This document shows, piece after piece, positions 1 to 9,674 of a DNA stretch of 64,000 bases. This DNA comes from a virus (taxonomy: Duplodnaviria > Caudoviricetes). Under the pieces are notes generated by a model. The model worked only from the letters and a program-made list of their open reading frames with translations. It was not told the DNA's origin and did not search any database. The position numbers and the translations under genes are program-made. The DNA is taken from positions 59,670-123,669 of IMG/VR virus record IMGVR_UViG_3300031992_000033; one strand, written 5' to 3'. Position 1 is the first letter of the stretch, and every line of letters begins with the position of its first letter.

Positions 1-173
1 TATCCAACTCTTTAGATTGCTGTGATCTTAACTTCTCTTTCTTACCTTTAAATACTGATCCGCATGGGACTGCTGGTACTTCTGTTCCATCGGGTAACGT
101 CCAGCCTGACCAACGTGGTACATCCTTAGTTTTCTTTTTCATCACTTCTCCTTATACGTAAGTAAAAGTCTAT

Positions 174-518
174 TTACGCAATTGTTTTACCGATAAGATA
201 GCCCCTGACTAGGCACATCACCTCACATTCTGCGTCTTCAGGTTTGATACGACTACTCCACGTCTCTCCTTCTACCGCTATTCCCAGCGTAGAATCAACA
301 TTGCTCCATACGTAGATGGACTCACGAGACAGACCAGCCCTTCTTACGAGATCATTTAACTTGGCTACCATATTATTCCTGTCGCCTACGATCTTCCTTG
401 TTGCCTCGTACTCTTCTTCCGTAAGGTAACTGTAACTGAAAAGAAACTCTTCCCTTGTTAATTTCCAGTAGTCCACCATCTTTTCCATATCATTAGCAAA
501 ATCCATACACGCCTCCAA
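174..518 (-). CDS. hypothetical phage protein
   Basis: ORF in tightly packed leftward gene array; start uncertain. Confidence 0.6.
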   Translation of the reverse strand: MEACMDFANDMEKMVDYWKLTREEFLFSYSYLTEEEYEATRKIVGDRNNMVAKLNDLVRRAGLSRESIYVWSNVDSTLGIAVEGETWSSRIKPEDAECEVMCLVRGYLIGKTIA

Positions 519-550
519 GTATATACCACTTTGTTTATCTTGCCAAGCCC

Positions 551-781
551 TTATACTGTTTCCTCCGTTATATAAATAGTGATCTCGTGTGACTGGAATA
601 TAATACTACTGACCACATGATTTGTCAAGACCCTACTTATAGAATCTTTTCCGTTGTACTGTCCTAAGACATTCTCATCCTCGTCTCTGATCAGCACATT
701 AAGATTGTTGTCTATTAAAGACAGAACATCTCCCAGCGAAGTTCTCCTTGAATTGCAACCATAATTTGATCTAAGATTCAT
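551..781 (-). CDS. hypothetical phage protein
   Basis: GAGGAGG RBS before ATG at 781 (track ORF 551..823 is over-extended). Confidence 0.65.
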   Translation of the reverse strand: MNLRSNYGCNSRRTSLGDVLSLIDNNLNVLIRDEDENVLGQYNGKDSISRVLTNHVVSSIIFQSHEITIYITEETV

Positions 782-866
782 ATGTATACCTCCTCTTAAA
801 AAAGGGCAGACTATCCCGTACACTGTAAATTCTAATGTTAGGGATTTAGTTTGTAATTAGATTAGA

Positions 867-1262
867 TTAGATGTTGTATCCTCTCTTGCGAAGTTCATCC
901 AAAAGATCGTCGTCAGATATATCCGACAGATCGTAGATTGTCTTGCCATCCTGTTCTACCCACTCACCGTCCTGAAGTGTGATCCTCCAGTGAGCGTCGT
1001 CTTCTCCAACATAGTCGATGTATCCCTTGGTAATATACTTGGTCAAGATATTAAGATCGCGATAAACTTCTTCCTCGTAGTACTTCTGATCTTCCGCAGA
1101 CAGGCTGATTCTATTTTCTTTCACATCGATCATCTTGCTTGCTGTGAGTCTGCTTACCTCAATCGTATGCGCACCATTTGTATTAAGATCGTAGTTGAGT
1201 AAAAGTAAGTCAACTCCACCCTTAAGTGTGCATTCACCATATCCACTGGCATAATATCCCAT
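867..1262 (-). CDS. hypothetical protein, paralog of 4710..5117
   Basis: RBS and its own promoter; C-terminus SDDDLLDELRKRGY resembles SDNELINALERRGY. Confidence 0.75.
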   Translation of the reverse strand: MGYYASGYGECTLKGGVDLLLLNYDLNTNGAHTIEVSRLTASKMIDVKENRISLSAEDQKYYEEEVYRDLNILTKYITKGYIDYVGEDDAHWRITLQDGEWVEQDGKTIYDLSDISDDDLLDELRKRGYNI

Positions 1263-1293
1263 AATTAACCTCTCTTTCTTTTCTTACGCAATT

Positions 1294-1322
1294 GTTATAC
1301 CATAAATAGAAGGACTTGTCAA
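1294..1322 (-). promoter_or_regulatory. sigmaA-type promoter
   Basis: Minus strand TTGACA-17 nt-TATAAC with extended -10 TG. Confidence 0.8.
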
Positions 1323-1534
1323 TCCTCCCATTCATCCTCTGATTTTCTTTCGATCTCTCCTTCGTGCAATGAGCCGAAGGTGTAGCCGTTATCATAGGAC
1401 AGGATGACAAGATCGTCGTCGTCGTAATTCCTAAGTACGTTGCGAAGTTCTCCCACAGTCATTGCCTCATCTGCAATATCCTGTATTGAATAAGCCTCGT
1501 GTCTTGCGTCAAATACTACTGCGTCTCTACTCAT
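1319..1534 (-). CDS. small acidic hypothetical protein
   Basis: GGAGG RBS, packed array; MTVGEL...YDDD motif common in phage small proteins. Confidence 0.7.
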   Translation of the reverse strand: MSRDAVVFDARHEAYSIQDIADEAMTVGELRNVLRNYDDDDLVILSYDNGYTFGSLHEGEIERKSEDEWED

Positions 1535-1536
1535 AA

Positions 1537-1830
1537 TTAATCCTCCTTTAATAAGTACATGATATAATAATCACAGACTTCCGTATCCAGCCCGTTTATC
1601 TTCTCGTACCTATCGTCCAGTGCCATTCTAACTACCTGACGATAATCTGTCAAGCACTTGTCACATCTCGTTCCGATCCAGCGCACAACATCGTAGGTAT
1701 CATTGCGATCAATACCCCACTCGTGATTGCCCCATACACGAAGATGCAGATTAACTACGCTGCCATCTACTTTACGTTCTACCTTCTTAACGTTGACACA
1801 ACCATAACCTTGCCAGTGTTTTACTCTCAT
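1537..1830 (-). CDS. hypothetical protein
   Basis: GGAGG RBS, packed array. Confidence 0.7.
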   Translation of the reverse strand: MRVKHWQGYGCVNVKKVERKVDGSVVNLHLRVWGNHEWGIDRNDTYDVVRWIGTRCDKCLTDYRQVVRMALDDRYEKINGLDTEVCDYYIMYLLKED

Positions 1831-1844
1831 AGTTTATTACCTCC

Positions 1845-2048
1845 TTAATTCCAGTAGTCGATGATTTCTTTCTTTGTGATCCCTATGGTATCAAGAATGC
1901 AGTACAGGAAATCTGCACCTTCATCTGTAAGAGTACCATCGAACCAAACGAATTCGGGCTGGTGTTTAGCATAGTCTATTATGTTATCAATTAGTCTCAT
2001 GCCGACAGCCCCGATAGTAAAGTGATCATTGATGTATTCCAGCAGCAT
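1845..2048 (-). CDS. hypothetical protein
   Basis: RBS, packed array. Confidence 0.65.
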   Translation of the reverse strand: MLLEYINDHFTIGAVGMRLIDNIIDYAKHQPEFVWFDGTLTDEGADFLYCILDTIGITKKEIIDYWN

Positions 2049-2052
2049 AGCA

Positions 2053-2448
2053 TTACCCCCTTACTACAACATAAACCTTGTTTCCTACGGCGCGGATATC
2101 ATACACAGGCTCTTCCGCAAGATTGCCATCTTTTCCGTCTCCTCTTATTACCTCTTCTCCGTTATTTTTAATCATTCCGATCTCGTCAAGATATCTGTTG
2201 AGGATGATGACGTTGCCGCTAAGGTAATCCATAATACAACCAAGGGTTAATTCTGATTCGGTATTTACTGTTATAGTACAAGCGCTCTGATCATTATCAT
2301 AACGCATTACTATAACTTCATAATTGGGGAGCATCACATCGCTTACATCCTCATCTTCTGATAACGTTTTTCCCATCTCATTATATATTGTAATATGATC
2401 ACAGTCTGACACAAAATTTAATACCTCTCTTAATTTCTTCATAACCAA
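2053..2448 (-). CDS. hypothetical protein (two similar small domains)
   Basis: GGAGG RBS, upstream promoter. Confidence 0.7.
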   Translation of the reverse strand: MVMKKLREVLNFVSDCDHITIYNEMGKTLSEDEDVSDVMLPNYEVIVMRYDNDQSACTITVNTESELTLGCIMDYLSGNVIILNRYLDEIGMIKNNGEEVIRGDGKDGNLAEEPVYDIRAVGNKVYVVVRG

Positions 2449-2466
2449 ATCCTCCTTACTTTTTTC

Positions 2467-2496
2467 ATTGTAAACTATAATGATTTACTTTGTCAA
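2467..2496 (-). promoter_or_regulatory. sigmaA-type promoter
   Basis: Minus strand TTGACA-18 nt-TACAAT upstream of the RBS of 2053..2448. Confidence 0.6.
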
Positions 2497-2852
2497 CAGT
2501 CAATTACTATACGATGAATCACGCTGATGAATCCATTGGGACAACGATGGAAGTGTATCCAGTATGTGAACGCCTGTCCTGTACAGTCATATGGCGTCCA
2601 TACATAACACCTTCCTAATTCTTCCCAAAGCAATTCTTTTATTTCATCATCAGAGTAATCCTCGGAATCATAGAATCCAAACTCATACCAGCCGCCGTCC
2701 CTGTCGTACACTCTGTGAAGACCGTCCATGAGTGACGCTGGCAGATCTACACAATGCTGCTTGAACAACTTTTTAAGGATTCTCTTAGTTTGCTTTGTCA
2801 TAAACTTAACCCTCCTGTGTTGATTAACGATCTGTGATTCTAATTTCCTCAA
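2493..2852 (-). CDS. hypothetical protein
   Basis: ORF in array; YDCTGQ motif; start probably internal (MTKQTK). Confidence 0.65.
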   Translation of the reverse strand: MRKLESQIVNQHRRVKFMTKQTKRILKKLFKQHCVDLPASLMDGLHRVYDRDGGWYEFGFYDSEDYSDDEIKELLWEELGRCYVWTPYDCTGQAFTYWIHFHRCPNGFISVIHRIVIDC

Positions 2853-3072
2853 GAGCGTATTCTTTAAGTTCGTTATACTCTTTCTCTGTAATCTCCACGA
2901 CTTCGAAATAATTATTCATGTCGGGATTCATATTAAACGCGAATACACTTATAACATCGCCTACAAGATCGTTAACAGTTTTGCCGTCTTTACAAACGGC
3001 TACTGCTGGTACTATATTTGCCTTTGGTACAATCTTAAAGTGCTTGTTGTGATCCTCATTTACTTTTGCCAT
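2824..3072 (-). CDS. hypothetical protein
   Basis: GGAGG RBS, packed array. Confidence 0.65.
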   Translation of the reverse strand: MAKVNEDHNKHFKIVPKANIVPAVAVCKDGKTVNDLVGDVISVFAFNMNPDMNNYFEVVEITEKEYNELKEYALEEIRITDR

Positions 3073-3076
3073 AAAC

Positions 3077-3289
3077 TTAATCCTCCTGTATCTTCATTAT
3101 TGAGTCGCCGTTCAATCTGCCCATTGAATCATCGACGTAAGCAATATCGCCCTTCTTACTGAAGCAACGTATAGTTCCTATTGCCAAAGTAGAGCGGACA
3201 GATGTCTTGTATGAGCAGTTTACCTTTCTGCTTTCCGCATAAACTACTTTGTCACCAACTTTTAATTCTACTCCTCTGATATCTTTCAT
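3077..3289 (-). CDS. small SH3/YopX-like beta protein
   Basis: N-terminal KDIRGVELKVGDKVVY signature. Confidence 0.55.
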   Translation of the reverse strand: MKDIRGVELKVGDKVVYAESRKVNCSYKTSVRSTLAIGTIRCFSKKGDIAYVDDSMGRLNGDSIMKIQED

Positions 3290-3534
3290 AGTGTAATTAC
3301 CTCCGCAGTTTTCTTATACACATCGAGACAGTAACGCGCCTGACAGCCGCAGCCAGCCACTGAACAAGTGGCTATTGCTGGACAGTCGGTGATCCTTTTC
3401 TTTGGAAACATCTTGCGGTATTTGTTGTAGTGCTGCGCACATAAATAACTCCAGCAAATACCAAGTTCGTTGTCCTCTTCGGCGTCAATGCAGTTGTCGA
3501 AATGGATTCCTTCATACCAAAGCGTCTTTCCCAT
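3286..3534 (-). CDS. Cys-rich hypothetical protein
   Basis: RBS; CxxH and CSVAGC motifs. Confidence 0.65.
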   Translation of the reverse strand: MGKTLWYEGIHFDNCIDAEEDNELGICWSYLCAQHYNKYRKMFPKKRITDCPAIATCSVAGCGCQARYCLDVYKKTAEVITL

Positions 3535-3538
3535 AAGT

Positions 3539-3739
3539 TTACCTCACTTTTAAATTGTACTGTTTGATCAGATCGTAGAGTGTAGTCTGTGCTGGATGAT
3601 TAGTTGGCATCGAAAGTATTTCATTACCGCGCTTATAAATGCGATGATTGCCCGCCTGTCTATGAAATTCAAATCCGTTATCAGCCAGCAGTTTCTTGAA
3701 CTCTCGCACACTCCACGTTCCGTTGTGCATACGAGCCAT
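3539..3739 (-). CDS. hicA: HicA-family (dsRBD-fold) RNase-like protein
   Basis: 66 aa from ATG 3739 after GAGGAGG; REFKKLLADNGF..RQAGNHRIYK..SMP.H matches the HicA G-x-H pattern. Confidence 0.75.
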   Translation of the reverse strand: MARMHNGTWSVREFKKLLADNGFEFHRQAGNHRIYKRGNEILSMPTNHPAQTTLYDLIKQYNLKVR

Positions 3740-3740
3740 A

Positions 3741-4052
3741 TTAATCCTCCTCTCCATAATCAAGATCGAGATTCTTTGCGGTGAATTTGAATTCATTAGG
3801 ATTGAAAGTGACGGGCAGTTCGTATATCCTGTCTTCAATAATTCTGCCGTGATCATCTGTTATTACTGCGGCATATACTACTCCGTCATAATCATATGCC
3901 ACTTCAACATTTTGGTCATAGAATTCTCTGAACTCAATCATCAAGAAGTCCCAGTAATTATCCCTCTCGTCCTCATAATCTACAAGGAACTGTTTCATAG
4001 CGGCTTCGTATTCAGTTTCTGTCATCTTAATAATTCTAATTTCAGGTCTCAT
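3741..4052 (-). CDS. acidic hypothetical protein
   Basis: GGAGG RBS, packed array. Confidence 0.7.
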   Translation of the reverse strand: MRPEIRIIKMTETEYEAAMKQFLVDYEDERDNYWDFLMIEFREFYDQNVEVAYDYDGVVYAAVITDDHGRIIEDRIYELPVTFNPNEFKFTAKNLDLDYGEED

Positions 4053-4066
4053 CGTTTTTGTCCTCC

Positions 4067-4708
4067 TTATCTTTCTATTAGTGTAGGGTTAATCTGGTGA
4101 TACTTAGAACTGGGCTTACGATCTCTGATCTCAATTTCATCAAAAGCCCACGCGCCTACGATTTCCATACAAGTGCCGCTATAGTCTCCGCCTCCAAGTC
4201 CATTGCCGCACGCGGTAAGAATAGGCAGTGGATGTATGCACCAAATTGATTCGTGCTTGACACCTTCGCCGTCAGTCCATGATTCCTTCCACTGGTTTGC
4301 CTTATAGTACTCGTCAAAGTTAATGTACTGTTTCTTAGTTAAGTTGACGATATACTTACCAGAGAGAACGTGATCGGCAGCGGGCGTATGATATTTAATT
4401 ACGCGACCATTTCTTTTCCAAGGATTATACTTTACATATTCATTGGGAAGATCTGCATAGTCTCCTACCCACGCTATCTGAGCCGATCCATTCTTAATTA
4501 TCTCCTCGGTAATCGCATCAACAAACTGGTTGTCAACATAACTATGCTCCATAAGTTTAGCCATAGTATAGTAACTTCCTGTTTGCTGAACTTCTTCGCG
4601 TCTCCATTCCGACAAATTTTCCAGCCCCTTCTTATCGGGCTTAACATATCTGTTATAGTACTTAGCCTTTCCGTTCCTTAAGATTGTTACCATATAATAC
4701 TGTCCCAT
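4067..4708 (-). CDS. conserved phage hypothetical protein
   Basis: MGQYY start, KLMEHSY, WVGDYA, HPLPILTA.GNG.GGGDY and GAWA motifs typical of a widespread phage family. Confidence 0.75.
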   Translation of the reverse strand: MGQYYMVTILRNGKAKYYNRYVKPDKKGLENLSEWRREEVQQTGSYYTMAKLMEHSYVDNQFVDAITEEIIKNGSAQIAWVGDYADLPNEYVKYNPWKRNGRVIKYHTPAADHVLSGKYIVNLTKKQYINFDEYYKANQWKESWTDGEGVKHESIWCIHPLPILTACGNGLGGGDYSGTCMEIVGAWAFDEIEIRDRKPSSKYHQINPTLIER

Positions 4709-4709
4709 A

Positions 4710-5117
4710 TTATTTGTCCTCCTTTATTACTCTATAACCTCTTCTTTCAAGTGCATTTATCAACTCGTTGTCTGATGCTCTTACTTGCCAGATATCCTCT
4801 TTATCATAGTACTCCCAGTCGTTGTTTTCTATAATGTATACACCCTTAAAATCTTCATCGTTGTCTACACATTCTATTTCTCCGTTTGCGATATACTCGT
4901 TGTCATCGAGAGCGGTAAGAAAAATGTCAATGTATTCATAAAAAGCATTATCCAATGTCTTAGAAATAGTGATGCAGTTATCATCTACGGCATCAAGAAT
5001 ACATTCCGCCCACGAACTTAAAGCGGTGTCATTTAATTTCTTATAAATATTGTATGCTGCCTGAAGGGACAAAGGGTTGTTTAAGTGAATATCTCCGCTG
5101 CAATATATTCTTTCCAT
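4710..5117 (-). CDS. hypothetical protein, paralog of 867..1262
   Basis: GGAGG RBS; shared N- and C-terminal motifs with 867..1262. Confidence 0.7.
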   Translation of the reverse strand: MERIYCSGDIHLNNPLSLQAAYNIYKKLNDTALSSWAECILDAVDDNCITISKTLDNAFYEYIDIFLTALDDNEYIANGEIECVDNDEDFKGVYIIENNDWEYYDKEDIWQVRASDNELINALERRGYRVIKEDK

Positions 5118-5131
5118 AATTTATTTCCTCC

Positions 5132-5332
5132 TTATATTCTTTCTGTTTCTCTTAACCAGTCAATGCAGTCCAGCAAACTCTGGAACATATAATGTCCCTG
5201 TGCCCACGTACCAGTGTTGGGGTTATACAAGTAGGCAATACAATAATCACTCTTCCTTTTAAGAATAGTATAATCGCCTATTGTGTCGATCACCTTATAA
5301 CCCTGTTCTGAATATTCGTTGTAATCGCCCAT
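5132..5332 (-). CDS. hypothetical protein
   Basis: GGAGG RBS; W.QGHY motif. Confidence 0.7.
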   Translation of the reverse strand: MGDYNEYSEQGYKVIDTIGDYTILKRKSDYCIAYLYNPNTGTWAQGHYMFQSLLDCIDWLRETERI

Positions 5333-5345
5333 GTTTATTACCTCC

Positions 5346-5942
5346 TTATTTGTAATAATTAAGGTTACAATAGTTTTGTCCGTCAGGTGTTACTATACTA
5401 TAGTATATGTATCCGTTTGTCAAACGTTCAACTGTGTTTTCGTGGTAGATATATGTTCCGTCATACCACTGCAATCTTCCGTATAATAATGCTCTATGCA
5501 GAATAATTTCGTCACCATCTTTATGGCGAGACAAATTCTTTGCCACTACTTGTATGTGTACGTTGGGAGTAGACTTAATCTTTTTCCAAGCACTCATTCT
5601 ATTCTGGCGTTCGCGGCACCGCACGCGCCACTCTATTGCCTCTTCGTTCTCAGTAGGGCTAAGTAGTTTTAAGATCGACGTAGGGCAATCAAAAAAGTAT
5701 GGACATTCAGTTTCATCCATTTCCTTATACAGGAACTCATTGCCGCGCACTTCGGTTAATATTACCAGTCCAAACACATGCCCTCTCGGATGTTCAATGG
5801 CGGCATAATAAGTGCTGTTGTGCATAGAAGACTTGACTACGTGATAGCCGCTCCACGATGTTTCTATTTCGTGGTCAACTAAATCGCGTCTTGCCTTGGG
5901 CGAATCATTTGACAGCGTGTTTCTGATACCAGTCCAGCCCAT
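5346..5942 (-). CDS. DUF6927-like protein
   Basis: MGW start, YYAA, YKEMDE..CP...DCP.SIL.LLSP.....A.EWR.RC pattern. Confidence 0.6.
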   Translation of the reverse strand: MGWTGIRNTLSNDSPKARRDLVDHEIETSWSGYHVVKSSMHNSTYYAAIEHPRGHVFGLVILTEVRGNEFLYKEMDETECPYFFDCPTSILKLLSPTENEEAIEWRVRCRERQNRMSAWKKIKSTPNVHIQVVAKNLSRHKDGDEIILHRALLYGRLQWYDGTYIYHENTVERLTNGYIYYSIVTPDGQNYCNLNYYK

Positions 5943-5963
5943 AACTTACCTCCTTAATAAATC

Positions 5964-5986
5964 AGGGACTGCATTATACAGCCCCT
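5964..5986 (-). terminator. stem-loop / intrinsic terminator
   Basis: Minus strand AGGGGCTG-TATAATG-CAGTCCCT hairpin between genes. Confidence 0.55.
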
Positions 5987-5997
5987 TAAGTTTGCGA

Positions 5998-6657
5998 TTA
6001 TCTTAATACTTCAGCAACGTTACCGCGCTGGGTATAGCAGAAACGACAGGCGTTACATGAACCTCTACTGCAACGGCACTTCCACTCATTCGGAGACGGA
6101 GAGTATCCCTTCTCGTAGACAGTAAAGATCACATCCACAAACGGATAAGTCTTCTTTACGCTGTCGCTAAGAGGGGAATTAATTAGCGGCGAACTTAATA
6201 CTATGTTCATGTTGTCAGGCTTGCCGCCTTCTTCCTTGATCGCCTTCTTATAAATCTCGGGGCGCTTAGTGAAGGCAGAGAAGTTAACCGTAGGATTTGC
6301 CTTAGCAATTCTAATGAAGTTGCGGGCGTGAGTTACGTTAATCACATCACCGTGAGACTCAAACCTGAATACCTCTCGTTTGCTTAAGTTAGGAACAATC
6401 TTAAGCAGCGATTCACTCAGAGCCTTGCCATTACGTTCCAGTGCTACACGCTGCTGGGGATATACACCAGACATAACTTGCTTGTAAGCATAGCAGTGAG
6501 AGCAAACAGTGTTGGTGTTCCTCATCAGGTTCATGCACGACGGGTTCATGCCAGCAAAACTGCTAATGGAACGGACGTTCTCCATTTTACCAGTCAGGTG
6601 GCTGATGTGAATTCCAGTCTCTTTTTCAAACTGGGCTACTGATACTACGTTAGGCAT
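5998..6657 (-). CDS. GP88-like protein (radical-SAM-related Fe-S)
   Basis: C...CxxCYA, FRFESHGD, FTKR and C-terminal C..CxxCxxC motifs. Confidence 0.65.
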   Translation of the reverse strand: MPNVVSVAQFEKETGIHISHLTGKMENVRSISSFAGMNPSCMNLMRNTNTVCSHCYAYKQVMSGVYPQQRVALERNGKALSESLLKIVPNLSKREVFRFESHGDVINVTHARNFIRIAKANPTVNFSAFTKRPEIYKKAIKEEGGKPDNMNIVLSSPLINSPLSDSVKKTYPFVDVIFTVYEKGYSPSPNEWKCRCSRGSCNACRFCYTQRGNVAEVLR

Positions 6658-6681
6658 AATATTATCCTCCTTGTTGGTATT

Positions 6682-6710
6682 AGTTTACTACAAAATAAAA
6701 GTACTGTCAA
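6682..6710 (-). promoter_or_regulatory. sigmaA-type promoter
   Basis: Minus strand TTGACA-17 nt-TAAACT upstream of AAGGAGG RBS. Confidence 0.65.
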
Positions 6711-6928
6711 TTACGGCGGCGGTCTTATTCTCATAGACTCTCCTTTCTATTTATCCTTCATGCCTTCGTCATATATGGAATTAAGTTCGTCGTGAAGTTC
6801 AGGCGGTATAGTATCCTTTATATGATGCTTTTCGTAGAACTTTCCGATCTTAATTCCCAACTTCATACCCAACCTAAATCCCTTGCGGTATGCCGACAGC
6901 ACACTTTCATTAATAAGATCTCTCATAA

Positions 6929-7321
6929 TTAATCCTCTCCTCTATACTGCAATACAATACACCTATGTTTAGTCATAGGGCGGACAACAATAAACTCGTC
7001 ACCAATCTGTCTTTCGAGTTCGGCAATTACCTTGGTGAGTTGTTCGTCGGTAAGATTCCATTCGATGCAATCCTCACCAATATAGTCGTCGCGCTTTACG
7101 CAACCTCTGCCATTGTCCGCGTTCTTGAAGAGGATATAAGAGATATCATCATAGTCCGTATCTTCAAGTACTTCATTGTTGCGCCAGTATCTACTGGGCA
7201 GATCCTTCGGACCATAGCAGCAACTACACATGCCCCGCTTGTATGTATAGTGAGCAAAGTCTATGTCGCATACTTCTCTTAAGTGCTTCAGGTTTAAGTC
7301 CTTGTATTTGTATTTTGCCAT
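6929..7321 (-). CDS. hypothetical protein
   Basis: GGAGG RBS; CSCCYGP motif. Confidence 0.7.
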   Translation of the reverse strand: MAKYKYKDLNLKHLREVCDIDFAHYTYKRGMCSCCYGPKDLPSRYWRNNEVLEDTDYDDISYILFKNADNGRGCVKRDDYIGEDCIEWNLTDEQLTKVIAELERQIGDEFIVVRPMTKHRCIVLQYRGED

Positions 7322-7323
7322 AA

Positions 7324-7686
7324 TTAATATTCCTCCTCTTCTTCGTTTTCATATTTTGATGAGCATAAATAATATCCTACGCTCTCCTTTATGTTGCTGG
7401 ATACCTTGTCAGATATATCCTTGGAAATTCTTTCCACGATCATAGACATATATTCAGGCGTGAATATTGCCTCTGCCTCTATCTTTTCATTCACCGCCTT
7501 TTCAACAGCGTCCCTGATGTATTGACGCATGGTATCAAATGAATAGCGATGTTCTCTGTCCATCATTTGATCTACGACTATGTTAACATATTTACGAGCC
7601 GCATCTCCAATGGCGTTATCAATGATACCATTAATTTTGCTATCAATCATCTTCTGTAGTGTTTCCTCATTGATTTCGATTGTCAT
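7324..7686 (-). CDS. helical hypothetical protein
   Basis: AGGAGG RBS before ATG 7686 (track start 7743 over-extended). Confidence 0.65.
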   Translation of the reverse strand: MTIEINEETLQKMIDSKINGIIDNAIGDAARKYVNIVVDQMMDREHRYSFDTMRQYIRDAVEKAVNEKIEAEAIFTPEYMSMIVERISKDISDKVSSNIKESVGYYLCSSKYENEEEEEY

Positions 7687-7702
7687 AATTTTATTCCTCC
7701 TA

Positions 7703-8077
7703 TTATACAAAGTTAAACTTAGGCTGCTTGCGACGATGTTCAAAGTTAACTAGCCACTTCTTTACTTCGTCATTCCAATGGCGCTGGTTACTGGTACGCC
7801 TTCCATCAGAGAAGATAATTCCTTCATCATTCTCTATCATATGAATCCAGTAATCTGGACCACGGAACACGGGGCGAAAACTTATTTCCCATGGATAACC
7901 ACCATTGATTCTTTTTGCCGCTTCGGGTGTCGGGACACTCATTGCCCACGATGCTGAATAGTCCGCTTGCATCTGATTAAATATCCAATCCTCAAGTTCC
8001 TTTAAAGACTCAAACCTTTTGACGTGATTATATCTAATATAATCGTTATGGTATTCTTCATAGTAAACAGTAATCAT
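7703..8077 (-). CDS. hypothetical protein
   Basis: AAGGAG RBS; ORF in array. Confidence 0.7.
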   Translation of the reverse strand: MITVYYEEYHNDYIRYNHVKRFESLKELEDWIFNQMQADYSASWAMSVPTPEAAKRINGGYPWEISFRPVFRGPDYWIHMIENDEGIIFSDGRRTSNQRHWNDEVKKWLVNFEHRRKQPKFNFV

Positions 8078-8154
8078 ATTTTCTCTCCTTGTGATATTAA
8101 GTTAACAGTAAACTAATCTAGTCTTCGGCGGTGGTCTAATCATAGGTTGTTACC

Positions 8155-8553
8155 TCACTTATTATTCAACTTAGTCATTTCCTTGTTAAGGAAGAGATAC
8201 TCGATTGCCTCTCCTACCTCGGGATCTATGAGCATATCCCTCAGGTTCATACCCTCAACTCCGTCAAGCATATCTGAGCGGTCAATCAAGTCATAGATGA
8301 TTTCAGAGACTGTGGAATTTACTTCCTGAATGAGTGTGGTTTCCATTAACATGCCGCCACCAATGTTGCCTTCGTTGGAATATACTTCTACATTCCAGTA
8401 ATCAACATAACCTTCATCCACGTCTTCGGGGAGAAGATTATCTCCCGTGCCTTCTCTTGCAACAACAAGTACATTATTGTGAATGTCGTAGAAAAACAAC
8501 CCGTCCGTATGATATTTCTTTGTATAATCAATCCACTTTAAGTCCTTCATCAC
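8155..8553 (-). CDS. acidic hypothetical protein
   Basis: EGTGDNLLPEDVDEGYVDY motif; coupled to upstream gene. Confidence 0.7.
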   Translation of the reverse strand: MMKDLKWIDYTKKYHTDGLFFYDIHNNVLVVAREGTGDNLLPEDVDEGYVDYWNVEVYSNEGNIGGGMLMETTLIQEVNSTVSEIIYDLIDRSDMLDGVEGMNLRDMLIDPEVGEAIEYLFLNKEMTKLNNK

Positions 8554-8990
8554 ATTTCCTCCCTTCTTATCTCCTCAACCTCTTCAGGTGTGAGCACACG
8601 ATTAGCCTTCATCCTGTCGGCAAGAATCCACCAGCCGCCCTGAGATTCGGGTCTCTTATAGGTCTTGTAGTCTGCTACTTCAACTTCAACCCAAACGCGC
8701 TGTTCTCCGTTGGCAAGCATTTCTTTAAGGTGCGGGGCTATGGGCTTAAAGCAACAGTGCCATCCCTTCCTAACCTCGAATCCTTTAGTGGGATGACACT
8801 CTGCCTCCATCCACTTGCCAAACTCAGTCGGCACATTCTTATTGATGAAAAGCGGATATACCTTTCCATCCTTCTTGAGGCGCATTAACTTATACGCCTT
8901 GAATCCCTTGCCCACATCAGGAAAAGTATACACTGTTCCGTATGAAGGACAGGGATTATTAAGTGTACCACCAGCATAAATCTTTGACAT
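8550..8990 (-). CDS. conserved phage hypothetical protein
   Basis: YKL.R...G..YPLFI, R.GWH and PESQGG.W motifs; GGAGG RBS. Confidence 0.7.
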   Translation of the reverse strand: MSKIYAGGTLNNPCPSYGTVYTFPDVGKGFKAYKLMRLKKDGKVYPLFINKNVPTEFGKWMEAECHPTKGFEVRKGWHCCFKPIAPHLKEMLANGEQRVWVEVEVADYKTYKRPESQGGWWILADRMKANRVLTPEEVEEIRREEM

Positions 8991-9002
8991 AGCATTACCT
9001 CC

Positions 9003-9194
9003 TTATTTCATTGCGGCACTTATTGCTCTGAAGTAATCATCATAGGCTCTGGATACAGTATCATCCGTAACCACATGATAATAGATACCATCCGAAAATG
9101 TAACCTCAAATACATACTTGCCGTTTACTTCTTCAGCATTAGTGATAACACCTTCGGGATAAATACGATAGAACATTTTCTTAGCCTCTTCCAT
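9003..9194 (-). CDS. hypothetical protein
   Basis: AAAGGAG RBS before ATG 9194. Confidence 0.6.
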   Translation of the reverse strand: MEEAKKMFYRIYPEGVITNAEEVNGKYVFEVTFSDGIYYHVVTDDTVSRAYDDYFRAISAAMK

Positions 9195-9396
9195 AGTTAT
9201 TTCTCCTTTCTTTTCTACCCTTCCATGCATAATATGTAGGACAGCCGCAACAAGATGCCTCGTTCATACTACAGGCTTTGCAAGGACTAGTGTCTGTTAC
9301 GTCAAGGAATAGATCCCTGACTGCATGATAAAACGGATTGCTGGTGGGCATATTGTACGCATCAAAGATTGCAGTGAGTTTTTCTTCTACGTTCAT
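9181..9396 (-). CDS. Cys-rich small protein
   Basis: SPCxxC....CCGC motif; overlaps upstream stop. Confidence 0.6.
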   Translation of the reverse strand: MNVEEKLTAIFDAYNMPTSNPFYHAVRDLFLDVTDTSPCKACSMNEASCCGCPTYYAWKGRKERRNNYGRG

Positions 9397-9674
9397 CCTT
9401 CTTCCTCCTTATTTGATTCCCACTTGAAGTGTCCGTTGCTATAGAGATACGGCTGATGATCAAGTTCATAGAAATTGCATACGGCATATGCTGATGTCAT
9501 GTTGCACATCAATCCCATTGCCAGATCTTTTGCCATAAACTCACCCATCTCAAGAGGCTTCTCATCTTTGTGCCACTCAGCAGTTTTATCTGAGTGGTTA
9601 ACCTTTGTGACAAATACTGGACCATCTCCTGTCATTACGATTACGTACCAATAATTCTTTTTCTTTCCAGCCAT
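9393..9674 (-). CDS. hypothetical protein
   Basis: AAGGAGG RBS. Confidence 0.7.
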   Translation of the reverse strand: MAGKKKNYWYVIVMTGDGPVFVTKVNHSDKTAEWHKDEKPLEMGEFMAKDLAMGLMCNMTSAYAVCNFYELDHQPYLYSNGHFKWESNKEEEG

